The notes: generated by a model not told the origin, from the letters alone. A stretch of DNA of 63,123 nucleotides, filler included, from Mycoplasmatota bacterium (GCA_012727915.1; 12 parts of 12 records of this genome joined end to end with filler, not necessarily neighbours in it), one strand, 5' to 3'; numbered from the whole stretch's first letter, positions 10,399-20,268 are shown. Made by a program: numbers and translations.

Positions 10399-10497
10399 TT
10401 ATTCCATTATAATACTGCATCTAAATCCCAATACAATTGCTGATTGACCTGGAGTATTACTAAATGCGAATATACCAACACCAGTTGTATTATTAGT
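10399..10497 (-). CDS. C-terminal fragment of a protein with an FGE-sulfatase/C-type-lectin-like ending
   Basis: TNNTTGVGIFAFSNTPGQSAIVLGFRCSIIME*; cut by the contig end. Confidence 0.45.
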   Translation of the reverse strand, partial: TNNTTGVGIFAFSNTPGQSAIVLGFRCSIIME

Positions 10498-10597
10498 NNN
10501 NNNNNNNNNNNNNNNNNNNNNNNNNNNNNNNNNNNNNNNNNTTAATTAATTAANNNNNNNNNNNNNNNNNNNNNNNNNNNNNNNNNNNNNNNNNNNN
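10498..10597. other. Artificial contig linker (also at 12216, 21840, 23585, 28699, 44147, 46356, 48884, 56426, 59487, 61089)
   Basis: Identical 100-nt N44-TTAATTAATTAA-N44 spacer with stops in all six frames. Confidence 0.97.
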
Positions 10598-11068
10598 ATA
10601 ATTAGTAACATTTTTTTGAGAAGCATAAAAGGTTGCGCATTCCTTTTGTCCAGAAATAACTAGCGGCTTTAGTCTTATTGATTTAATTAATTCACCGTCA
10701 ATAGTAACTTTTCTATATCCAGATTGAACTATATCATAACCTTGTTTTGCTACTTCAATTAATCGTTCTATCATATTCTCTTCAATGTAATCATCCGCAT
10801 CGACAAAGGCAATATATTCGCCCTTTGATAGCTTAATGCCATCTTCACGAGCTTTACTTGGACCAGCATTTTCTTTCCGGATAACACTAAACCTTTTATC
10901 ATTACATGCAAAACTATCACATATATAAGCCGACTCGTCTGTTGAGCCATCATCACCCAAAATAACCTCTATATTAGAATATGTTTGCCTGGTAACACTT
11001 TCCAAACAACGAACAAGATATTTCTCCGCATTATAAACTGGTATAATTATGCTAACTAGCGAATCCAT
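10598..11068 (-). CDS. Glycosyltransferase family 2 (3' truncated)
   Basis: VSIIIPVYN, DDGSTD and FVDADD motifs. Confidence 0.9.
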
Positions 11069-11220
11069 CTACTTACCTCTTCTATTGTGCCTTTTCCGCC
11101 AATTGGCTATTTTCGTGCACGTCCAAATTAATTTAAATATTTTAATCGTTTCCCGATACACAGAAAGGAAAAAAATGTATTAATGTAATAAATGTTGTTA
11201 TTTTTATATAGCACAGCAAA

Positions 11221-12215
11221 CTATTCTCCTTTTTCTTTTATAGTCTTTTCATAAACATCGATTAATTTTTTAGAAATCGCATTTGGGGAAAATTTTTTAA
11301 TGGTATCTGTTGAAATTGTCTTTTTATCAAATTTATATTTACCACTATACATGTTTTTCATGGCAGTTACTAAAGCATCCTTATTATCAACTGGAATTAA
11401 CACACCATTTTCCTCGTTAACAAAGCTTTCCGGTCCACCGCATTTTGTGGCAATTACGGGTAAGCCTGAAGCCATTGCTTCTATATATACAACTCCAAAT
11501 GTTTCCGCTTGGGATGCTAATACAAAACAATCACATTTTTTTAGATAATCAGCGATCACTTTTCTGGATTGCATTCCCATTAATTTTATTTGTTTTTCCA
11601 ATTTATTAATCCGAATTAATTCCTCTAACTTTTCTCGTTCAGGACCTTCTCCAAAAACTGTTAGAAAAACTTTATCATTATCATTAAAGGCATCAATAAA
11701 AGCCTCTATTGTTAAGTCCATTCTTTTTCTATATATTAAACAGCCGACAGAAACAAACGAAAATGTATTTTTATTTATTTCACAGGCATATGAAATCAGA
11801 TTAGTATCAACAATATTAGGAATATATATTGCGGTTTTTTCAAATTTTTGTGCAATAATATTTTTCAATTGTGGACTAACTGCTATTAATTTATCTGCTT
11901 TTGAATACGCTATTTTAGCTGTTTTAAATACATCTTTTGTGATTTTTGGTTTTATAATACTAGATAAATGCTCTGTTAATGCAAAAGGAATATTAAATTT
12001 CTTTTTAAGAATTGATGCAACATATCCAACACCTGAGAAATGAGCATGTATTATATCAGGCTTACCTTGCTCGTTAATAATTTTTTTATATAGATAAAGG
12101 AGCCCAAACTTACTAATTGCTCTTAATAATAGTTTTGGAATTCTTCCTAATGGTAAATTTAAAGCATATATCTTAACACCATCAATGGTTTTAGTTTCAA
12201 AACCCCATTTCCTCC
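11221..12215 (-). CDS. Glycosyltransferase family 4 (5' truncated by linker)
   Basis: ETFGVVYIEAMASGLPV; frame extends upstream through PDIIHAH and TEH. Confidence 0.9.
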
Positions 12216-12315
12216 NNNNNNNNNNNNNNNNNNNNNNNNNNNNNNNNNNNNNNNNNNNNTTAATTAATTAANNNNNNNNNNNNNNNNNNNNNNNNNNNNN
12301 NNNNNNNNNNNNNNN

Positions 12316-13399
12316 ATAAGCAAGCAGAGAGACTACCATATTGAGTTAATCCTACTATCATATTAATAATAAATGGTAATAAGAATAATAAAGCGGTTAA
12401 TCCAATTCTTTTCATAAAATCAGAAGTTGCTTTTTTAACTGCTTTTTGATCTTCTGCAGCAACAGCTTTCAATAAATCTAAAGTACCGAACACTAGTGCA
12501 ATTATAGGAGCTAGAATTCTCATCCAAAACCAAATGGGTCCAGTAATTTCTTTAAAAGCATCGCAAGTAACCTCACCACCCGTATCTATCGGATTATTAG
12601 GTTCAGTAGTATTTCCGTTAGTTGGTTTTGTTGGGGTGGTATACTCATCACATTTATAACAATATTGACCTTTTCTTACCCAACCTTCTTGACATACTTT
12701 TCTGCTTTCGTATCCTCCACCAGCCACATATTTATCGTTAAATCCATCCTGTACTGTTTCAATAATAATAACATCACTTGGATCGTTATTCGAAGGATAG
12801 CAACGATTTTGTGGTATAGATTCATATGTCCATGAAATATTGTAACCCAATGGATGAATATAAGTTTTACAAACATCAATTTTTGATGTGTTTGATACCG
12901 AAAAATCGTAAATAACACATTTTCCTCCACCGTTTGCTTGATTAAATGTTTGTTGATTTGGATATGAAGGATTCTCTGGATTCTCTGGATTTTCAGGGGT
13001 TTTTATTTCACATTTATAGCAATAATCATCTTTTCGAATATAACCGGTTTTACAAACTTTTGAACCGACTTGTTTAGGATTAATATCTATAGTTTCCAAG
13101 TAAGAAATAGTAATGTGTTTCCATACATCATCCATACCATTATTTTTTGTATCAATTAACAAAAATATTTGCTCGTTACTTGTACAATAACACCCTGTTT
13201 CAAGTCCTACTTTCTTATAGTCATAAGATAAATTTATATTTAAGCTACTTGTTCCTAAATTTGAACAAACTTTTTCTTTGATTGCTTTAGTAGTATCTTC
13301 AACAAAGCAATTTGGTTCATTAATAATATCGGCATTTACATCATCATTAAAAATAAAAAATAAAACAACTATTAATATAATTTTATATAATTTATTCAT
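12316..13399 (-). CDS. Secreted Cys-repeat protein with C-terminal TrbC/VirB2 pilin-like TM hairpin
   Basis: Signal peptide; two KVCxxGxxRKxxYCYKC repeats; PEN x3; C-terminal RILAPIIALVFGTLDLLKAV...KRIG...LFLLPFII. Confidence 0.6.
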
Positions 13400-13477
13400 A
13401 ATATCACCTTAATTTTATTATAACATCTTTGTTTTCAAATGACATAAATAAATGGTATAATATGTAAAGGTGATGTT

Positions 13478-14452
13478 ATGGGGCTTTTTAATAAAATAAA
13501 AACAATCTTTTCAAAAAAAGAATTAGAATTATATGATAAAGGTTTTGAAAAAACAAGAGATAATTTTGTTTCAAGCTTAAATAATTTATCTAATAAGTAT
13601 AAAACTCCTAATGATTTATATTTTGATGAATTGGAAGAAATATTGATTTCAGCTGATATTGGAGTAAACACAGTATTAGGGTTCATGGACAGAATAAAAA
13701 ATAGAGTAAAAAAAGAAAATATTGATGATTTAGAAGAATTACAAGAAATAATTGTGGATGAATTATTTATTATATATGTGGAAGATGATGTTTTAACTAA
13801 TAAATTAAATGTTAATGATAATGGACCTACAGTATTATTATTTATTGGAGTTAATGGAGTAGGCAAAACTACAACTATTGCTAAGGTTGCAAATTTATTA
13901 AAGAAAGGTAATAGTAAAGTATTATTAGTAGCAGGAGATACTTTTAGAGCGGGTGCTATTGAGCAATTAATAGAGTGGGGTAAGAGAGTTAGTTGTGAAG
14001 TTGTTTCAATGGAAGAGTCTTCTGATCCTTCTGCTGTAATATATAAAGGAATAGATAAAGCAATTAAAGAACAATATGATTATGTATTAATTGATACTGC
14101 GGGAAGACTTCAAAATAAAGTTAATCTTATGAATGAACTTGAAAAGATGAATAAAGTAATAGGTAAATTAATACCAAATGCTCCACAAGAAACATTATTA
14201 GTAATAGACGCTACAACTGGTCAAAATGCAATTAATCAAGTAAAAAGTTTTAAAGAAATTACTAATGTAACTGGAATAGTATTAACTAAATTAGATGGTA
14301 CTGCAAAAGGTGGAATAGTATTAGCAATTAAAGAAGAGTTAAAGGTACCTGTTAAATATATTGGTTTAGGTGAAGGATTAGAAGATTTAAAACCATTTGA
14401 TATAGAAAAATATATATATGGATTATTTAAAGGAATGATAAAAGATGAATAA
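13478..14452 (+). CDS. ftsY: Signal recognition particle receptor
   Basis: GVNGVGKTTT, DTFRAGA, DTAGRLQ, TKLDGTAKGG. Confidence 0.97.
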   Translation: MGLFNKIKTIFSKKELELYDKGFEKTRDNFVSSLNNLSNKYKTPNDLYFDELEEILISADIGVNTVLGFMDRIKNRVKKENIDDLEELQEIIVDELFIIYVEDDVLTNKLNVNDNGPTVLLFIGVNGVGKTTTIAKVANLLKKGNSKVLLVAGDTFRAGAIEQLIEWGKRVSCEVVSMEESSDPSAVIYKGIDKAIKEQYDYVLIDTAGRLQNKVNLMNELEKMNKVIGKLIPNAPQETLLVIDATTGQNAINQVKSFKEITNVTGIVLTKLDGTAKGGIVLAIKEELKVPVKYIGLGEGLEDLKPFDIEKYIYGLFKGMIKDE

Positions 14453-14741
14453 TAAAATAGTGTTATTATATGATATATATGGCAAATTATTAACTGAAAA
14501 GCAAAGATTGTATTTTGAAGAATATTATTTTAAAAATTTGTCATTATCTGAAATAAGTGATACTTATAAAGTAAGTAGAAATGCTATACATAAGCAATTA
14601 AAGGTAGTTGAGGAATTATTAATTAATTATGAAAACATTTTAAAAATAAATAAAAAAACAGAATTATTGAACAAAATAATTGAAAATATAAAAGATGAGG
14701 ATTTAAAAAATATAATAAGTAAATTAAATGATAGGATGTAG
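14445..14741 (+). CDS. ylxM: YlxM SRP-associated HTH protein
   Basis: YGKLLTEKQ and LSLSEIS...VSRNAI; lies between ftsY and ffh. Confidence 0.9.
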   Translation: MNNKIVLLYDIYGKLLTEKQRLYFEEYYFKNLSLSEISDTYKVSRNAIHKQLKVVEELLINYENILKINKKTELLNKIIENIKDEDLKNIISKLNDRM

Positions 14742-14744
14742 ATT

Positions 14745-16043
14745 ATGTTTGAAAATTTAAGCGATAGATTACAAAAAGTAGTAAAAAATATTAAAGGTTA
14801 TGGAAAAATAACTGATGAAAACATTGGTGATATTTTAAGGGAAGTAAGATTAGTTTTACTTGAAGCTGATGTAGATTATACTGTAGTAAAAGAATTTACT
14901 AATAAAGTAAAAGAAAAAGCTTTAGGAGTAGAAGTTCAAACCAGTTTAAAACCTAGTGAAGTTTTTTTAAATATATTAAAAGAAGAATTATTAGAATTAT
15001 TAGGAGAAAATGATTCGAAACTAGTTAATAATAATTTTAATATAGTAATGCTTATTGGATTACAAGGTAGTGGTAAAACTACAACTGTTGGAAAATTAGG
15101 TAAATTAGTTAGAAAAAAATATAATAAAAAACCAATTTTTATAGCGTGTGATATATATAGACCTGCCGCTATTGACCAATTAAAACAAATAGGAAAAGAA
15201 TTAGATATTTATGTATATTCAAAAGAGTCAAAAGATCCAGTTGATATTGCTGTAAGTGGTATTAAATATGCTAAAGATAATGGATATGATTATGTATTTA
15301 TAGATACTGCAGGTAGACTACATATAGATGAAGAACTTATGATAGAACTAAAAAATATTGAATCAAATACTAAACCTGATGAAATATTACTCATTATAGA
15401 TTCAATGATTGGTCAAGATTCTATTAATGTTATAAAAGGTTTTAATGATAATTTGAAAATAAGTGGAGTAATATTAACAAAATTTGATGGAGATACTAAA
15501 GGTGGGGTTGCCTTATCTGTAAGACATATTACTAATATACCTATTAAATATGTAGGTATTAGTGAAAAATTAGATGGAATAATTGAATTTGATCCTTCAA
15601 GAATGATTGGTAGAATATTTAAAGAAGGGGACATTTTAAGTTTAATGGAAAAAGCTGAAGAAGTAATCGATAAGGAAGAAGCTAAGGATTTAGCTAAAAA
15701 AATAAATAAAGGGAATTTTAATCTAGAAGATTTCTTATCTCAATTAAAACAGATAAAAAAATTAGGGCCTCTAGAAAATATTATTAAAATGGTTCCTGGA
15801 ATGTCTAAATATGGATTAGATAAAGCTAATATAGATCCGAAGCAAATGTCTCATATTGAGGCTATAATTCAATCAATGACTCCTAAAGAAAGAAGAAATC
15901 CAGATATAATAAAATCTAGTAGAAAACAAAGAATATCTAAAGGTAGTGGTACATCAGTTCAAGAGGTTAATAAATTATTAGATCAATTTGAACAAATGAA
16001 AAAAATGATGAAAATGTTTAAGAATGGTAATTTAAAATTTTAA
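14745..16043 (+). CDS. ffh: Signal recognition particle protein
   Basis: GLQGSGKTTT, DIYRPAA, DTAGRL, and M domain SMTPKER. Confidence 0.97.
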   Translation: MFENLSDRLQKVVKNIKGYGKITDENIGDILREVRLVLLEADVDYTVVKEFTNKVKEKALGVEVQTSLKPSEVFLNILKEELLELLGENDSKLVNNNFNIVMLIGLQGSGKTTTVGKLGKLVRKKYNKKPIFIACDIYRPAAIDQLKQIGKELDIYVYSKESKDPVDIAVSGIKYAKDNGYDYVFIDTAGRLHIDEELMIELKNIESNTKPDEILLIIDSMIGQDSINVIKGFNDNLKISGVILTKFDGDTKGGVALSVRHITNIPIKYVGISEKLDGIIEFDPSRMIGRIFKEGDILSLMEKAEEVIDKEEAKDLAKKINKGNFNLEDFLSQLKQIKKLGPLENIIKMVPGMSKYGLDKANIDPKQMSHIEAIIQSMTPKERRNPDIIKSSRKQRISKGSGTSVQEVNKLLDQFEQMKKMMKMFKNGNLKF

Positions 16044-16053
16044 AACGAATAAT

Positions 16054-16947
16054 TTAATTTATTCGTTTTTTTATTTCTAGTATTTTACTTTTAGTTCCTA
16101 TGCTTTGTCTATTAAAATCTAATTCTTTTAATATTGAATTAATATTATATTTACTATGAGATAATTCAATCATTTTATATATTTTATTTAAAGAATTTGA
16201 TTTAAGATAGTCTTTGTATAATTCATCAGACAATAAATAAGAATATATATATACCAAATTATATTCAAATTCTTCAGAGTCTTCTTTAAATTTTGATTTT
16301 TTAATATTAGAACTATCATTATAAAGAAACAAATTAACATAATCATCTATTTCATCTAATCCCGAGAAAACCAAATAACAACTCATATTTTCTTCTGATG
16401 AAATATCTAATCTCGGATATTCCTTATTTAAATAATCATTTAACAATCTTGGAATTAATTGTGAAATGGTTTCTGTCTCTATTTTTTCTTTAACAATATA
16501 ATTGTTTGAAAAATGAGCATCTATTGCGTGCCCTACTTCATGAGAAAGCATATGTAATAAACTTTCAATATTATAACTATTAACATAAATATTATGAAAT
16601 TCTTCACCTGCACTAATTAATAATTTATTTAAACTGCTTTTATTTGATAGAGTAAAATCAAAAAAATACATTCCAGATTCATCTTTGTTTAAATCTCTTT
16701 CAATTACTATAGCATCTTTACTAATCAAATTATTAAAAACATTTAACATTTTGGGATCCAAATCATTAAGAAAATTTCTAATTATGTTTATTGCGTCTCT
16801 CACATTATAATCGATATTTTCTTTTTCAGTATCTTCAATTTCAAAACCATTTATATTTTTTACAATTCTTTTAATTTGATCACTATAAAAATCTGGATAT
16901 TTCATCTTTCTTTTTTCAAACAATTTTATTATTTTATCTTCTTTCAC
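16054..16947 (-). CDS. M3 oligoendopeptidase-like zinc metallopeptidase (short form)
   Basis: HEVGH, downstream ETIS third-ligand Glu, and YIYSYLLSDELY helix. Confidence 0.55.
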   Translation of the reverse strand: MKEDKIIKLFEKRKMKYPDFYSDQIKRIVKNINGFEIEDTEKENIDYNVRDAINIIRNFLNDLDPKMLNVFNNLISKDAIVIERDLNKDESGMYFFDFTLSNKSSLNKLLISAGEEFHNIYVNSYNIESLLHMLSHEVGHAIDAHFSNNYIVKEKIETETISQLIPRLLNDYLNKEYPRLDISSEENMSCYLVFSGLDEIDDYVNLFLYNDSSNIKKSKFKEDSEEFEYNLVYIYSYLLSDELYKDYLKSNSLNKIYKMIELSHSKYNINSILKELDFNRQSIGTKSKILEIKKRIN

Positions 16948-17878
16948 TGTTTTCTCTCTTTTTTGCTAATATTAGTTCTTTATAGTGATCTATACCTTCA
17001 ATGTTTCCGTTTGCGATTTCCCACAACTCTCTTCCTCTTGTGCCATGATGATTTTTATTTAAAAATTCATCCACTCTTGTAAAAGAAGGTTCTATTGTAT
17101 TATTTGAAAACATAAATAAAGCACAATAATTTGATGTTATATGTTTTGGTAATTGTTGTCTTTCTTCTTTTGTGTATAAAATGTTAACTCCTGAATCAAT
17201 TTCTTTACTTAAAGCAAATTTTTCTTCTATATGTTTTGTTATAGTGTTTCTTATTTCTTCCTTTGTTTTTCTATCATAAAACTCTAACATTGATAATTCT
17301 AAAAAAGTTGGAAAAGCATCTTTTAATAATATTGAGTCTTCTCCAAATTTTTTATCGCTATTAAAAGTTTTATAAGTATTACTATATTTGTTTTCATCAA
17401 TATGGACTTGATAAGCATAACCAAACTCTCTAATAAGCATGATTTTTTCGTTTTCAAGGCTATTAGAATTTACATATATGAAATATTCGTTTTTTAATTC
17501 ATCTATATAATGAGTACTGTAATTTTCTTTATCATTTCTAGTTAAATATAATCTATTTTTATTAACTAAATCACAAAAAAAATCATAATATTTTTCGTTG
17601 AATTGTTTCAAAAATAAAGAAACACTATCAACGGCATATGAATGATATGCTTCTTCGTCATTCAAATCCATATCAGAATTATTATCAATAAACGCTGATG
17701 AATCGTATTTTAAATCATCTTCTTCTTCAAAGGTGTTACTAAAAACTTTTTTAAGCTTGCTATAAACCACTAAATTAAATATTAAATATATAGCTTCATC
17801 TAAACTTTTTGAATTAAAAAACAAATCATATACTTCATCATACCTTTTTTCTATTTCTTTCTTATTCCATTTATACAT
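16934..17878 (-). CDS. M3-peptidase-like paralog with degenerate active site
   Basis: REFGYAYQ at the HExGH position and DAFPTFLE; overlaps the next gene. Confidence 0.5.
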   Translation of the reverse strand: MYKWNKKEIEKRYDEVYDLFFNSKSLDEAIYLIFNLVVYSKLKKVFSNTFEEEDDLKYDSSAFIDNNSDMDLNDEEAYHSYAVDSVSLFLKQFNEKYYDFFCDLVNKNRLYLTRNDKENYSTHYIDELKNEYFIYVNSNSLENEKIMLIREFGYAYQVHIDENKYSNTYKTFNSDKKFGEDSILLKDAFPTFLELSMLEFYDRKTKEEIRNTITKHIEEKFALSKEIDSGVNILYTKEERQQLPKHITSNYCALFMFSNNTIEPSFTRVDEFLNKNHHGTRGRELWEIANGNIEGIDHYKELILAKKRENSERR

Positions 17879-17929
17879 AAACCCTCATTTCTAAATATAT
17901 AATATATTAATATTTCGTTTTGTCAATAT

Positions 17930-17958
17930 TTTACAAAATATAAAAAATATGTTAATAT
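17930..17958 (+). promoter_or_regulatory. SigA promoter of the OLE RNA
   Basis: TTTACA-17 bp-TAATAT with extended -10 TG; predicted start ~17965. Confidence 0.7.
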
Positions 17959-17965
17959 CTTAATC

Positions 17966-18537
17966 GTGGTGCTGTATCCTAGTAGATTACTTATTTTGAA
18001 AAACGGGGTTCATTTAGACCTGTTTAAAGAGCACAACTGTGAAACTTCTGGTGATTGCCTCTATACGCCCAGTTTGGGGTTTTTGCTGGAAGATTTGAAT
18101 AAAGGGCCATCATAATGGCATATGTAAGAGGACCCTATATTCTCGGAGACTCACGATTGTGTATAGCTTATGAATTTAAGACTATATACGACTTGAGATT
18201 AAACCTATTTTGCGGTGAAAAGCTGTGGATAGTGTAGCTTGCCTTGAGCGAGTATACGGAATTATAGATAGATTTTTTAAGTTTAGGCCAAACTTACTAA
18301 ATTATTACTATATGAAATTATACTTGCAAAATAGACTATAAATAAGTATCTTTGAAGAAAATTCCTAGGCCAGATATCAATTAAAGATTAAAGTGTGTAC
18401 TAAGTGGCAATCAAGTCATATATGTAGTAATACTATATCTATTCTTTTAAAGGGGAACCGCAGTTTGGTAACAAAATGTAAGAATAGGGGAAAACCTACT
18501 TGACCTAAGACGCAATATTTCTTTATTTGATTACCAC
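17966..18537 (+). ncRNA. ole: OLE (ornate large extremophilic) RNA
   Basis: ORF-free, GC-enriched 572 nt carrying OLE-like blocks in order: GTGGTGCTGTATCCTAG, TGAAACTTCTGGTG, AATGGCAT, GTAGCTTGCCTTGAG, AAAGTGTGTACTAAGTGG, GGGAAAACCTACTTGACCTAAG. The 5' GTGGT pairs with the 3' ACCAC, and oapA is on the same contig. Confidence 0.88.
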
Positions 18538-18540
18538 ATA

Positions 18541-18570
18541 AAAATAAGAAGTATAAACTTCTTTTTTTTA
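18541..18570. terminator. Bidirectional intrinsic terminator after ole
   Basis: AAGAAGT-ataa-ACTTCTT followed by a T-run, with an A-run upstream. Confidence 0.7.
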
Positions 18571-18924
18571 TTGTTTATATAAAATTTTATTTTTTGCAGT
18601 GTCTAATAAATTTATTTCTTCTTTTAAATATATACCGTTTGTCTTTAATCTATAAGAATTTGAATATAGAATATTATCAATTAAAACAATAAATGCTCTT
18701 GTTTCTATATTGTGTTTATTTAACATATAATTAGTTAAAGTATTAGCGCCTCCAATACTTCTACATACCCAAATACCACCAAAATCACTTACACCCTCTC
18801 TTATTTGATCTTTTTCTAAATAATACCATTTTTGAGGAATAAATGTTAAAATATTTGGATTTTTTCTTAATCCCAATGATTTTAATTCTTTTGTAAAAAC
18901 CTTATAATATATTTTCTCTTTCAT
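18568..18924 (-). CDS. Hypothetical protein convergent with ole
   Basis: 118-aa ORF; GGTGA SD; TAATG coupling to the upstream frame. Confidence 0.7.
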   Translation of the reverse strand: MKEKIYYKVFTKELKSLGLRKNPNILTFIPQKWYYLEKDQIREGVSDFGGIWVCRSIGGANTLTNYMLNKHNIETRAFIVLIDNILYSNSYRLKTNGIYLKEEINLLDTAKNKILYKQ

Positions 18925-19663
18925 TATCTCACCAATCTTTTTACTAATTCTTCATTTTCATTACAAAAAACATCTTTATTTGTAGAATTAATAAATTGTT
19001 CTAACGTTCTTATTTTACTATTTATTACTAAATTATAATCGATATTATTTTTAACGTTTTTTGTTTTTCTAAAGTAATCTATTGCTTTATATTTTCCTAA
19101 ACAATATAAAGTTGTTTCATGAAAATAAAATAGAGGTCCTGTTTTACTTTGTTCTTTTAATTTTTCTATTTTATAATCATCGCTACTAGAGTTATAGATA
19201 TCAAAATATGTTTTTAATAAAGATAATTCATAATTAATATCTTTGACATATCTTTTTTTAAGAATATTGATCTATTCATAGTTAAATCGCTTACTAAATT
19301 GGGAGTATTATTAAATATTTTTTTAAAAAATAAATCCATTGAATTTATTGCTTGGTTTTCAAAATAATCATGATTAATTGTAATTGAATTATATTTATAT
19401 TTCCTTTCTTGTTGATTTAGTAATTGTTTAAAAATATTGGAATTTATTATATTTGATTTTTTCATGTTTTCTTTTTCTGTTTTTGCAATACTTAGAAAGT
19501 ATTCATCTGATTTATTACAATATTCAATGCGATTAACAGGTTTTCCTTCAATAAAATCATCAATATAATTATAATTATCTAATATTATTTTAGAGTGTTT
19601 ATTATTATTATTTAATAATCTAAATTTATTTTTTTTAATTATATCTTCATCCCAAGAATACAT
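18924..19663 (-). pseudogene. Third M3-like paralog, frameshifted or internally deleted
   Basis: N-terminus MYSWDE resembles MYKWNK of 17878. A second frame open from ~19255 reads ...TTLYCLGKYKAIDYF...LVKRLVR* to TAA at 18924. No HExxH segment. Confidence 0.55.
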
Positions 19664-19708
19664 TTTTACCTCACAAATTGTTTTTTATACTATCATAATA
19701 CATATAAA

Positions 19709-19737
19709 TTTACAATCAGAACAAAATATGTTAATAT
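19709..19737 (+). promoter_or_regulatory. SigA promoter of oapA, near-identical to the ole promoter
   Basis: TTTACAA-N7-AAAATATGTTAATAT. Confidence 0.7.
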
Positions 19738-19752
19738 TTTATCGAGGTTCAT

Positions 19753-20268
19753 ATGAAAAACAATAGATATAGATGGGTTTTATTTGTTACTATTTTATCA
19801 TTTATAATAACAATAGTATTTTCAGTATTATCTGATTTTATTTTATCTAAAACTGGTTTGGTAATAGGAATTGTTATTATACTAACTTTTATATTACTTG
19901 GTGTATTGTTTGATATGATAGGTGTTGCAGTAGCATCCGCAACCGATAGATCATTTCACGCTATGGCATCAAAGAAAGTAAAAAGCACAGGAACTGCAAA
20001 AAATTTAATTAAGAATTCATCTAAAGTATCTTCTATATGTAACGATGTTATTGGAGATGTTTGTAATATAATGAGTGGTACTGCAACAGTAGTAGTATCT
20101 AATAATATATCAACTAATTATGATTTAAATCATACAATTGTGTTATTAATTATTACAAGCATAGTAGCATCCCTTACTATAGGATTAAAAGCTTGGGGAA
20201 AAGATATTGCCTTGAAACAAAAAGATATTATAATAATGAAAACTGCAAAAGTATTAAATAGAAAATAA
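19753..20268 (+). CDS. oapA: OLE-associated membrane protein A
   Basis: GVLFDMIGVA, FHAMASKK, CNDVIGD (DxxxD), SLTIGLKA; multi-TM. Confidence 0.88.
   Translation: MKNNRYRWVLFVTILSFIITIVFSVLSDFILSKTGLVIGIVIILTFILLGVLFDMIGVAVASATDRSFHAMASKKVKSTGTAKNLIKNSSKVSSICNDVIGDVCNIMSGTATVVVSNNISTNYDLNHTIVLLIITSIVASLTIGLKAWGKDIALKQKDIIIMKTAKVLNRK

Noticed and set aside
10498..10597. TTAATTAATTAA palindrome recurring 11 times
   Set aside because: Always centred in identical N-runs, so it is an artificial linker; ORF ends such as ...LIN derive from it
17966..18537. Alternative identities: tmRNA, RNase P, SRP RNA, group I/II intron, CRISPR
   Set aside because: No tRNA-like ends, no GAGGAAAGUC core, no domain V or interrupted host gene, and no repeat-spacer pattern; OLE motifs plus oapA fit better
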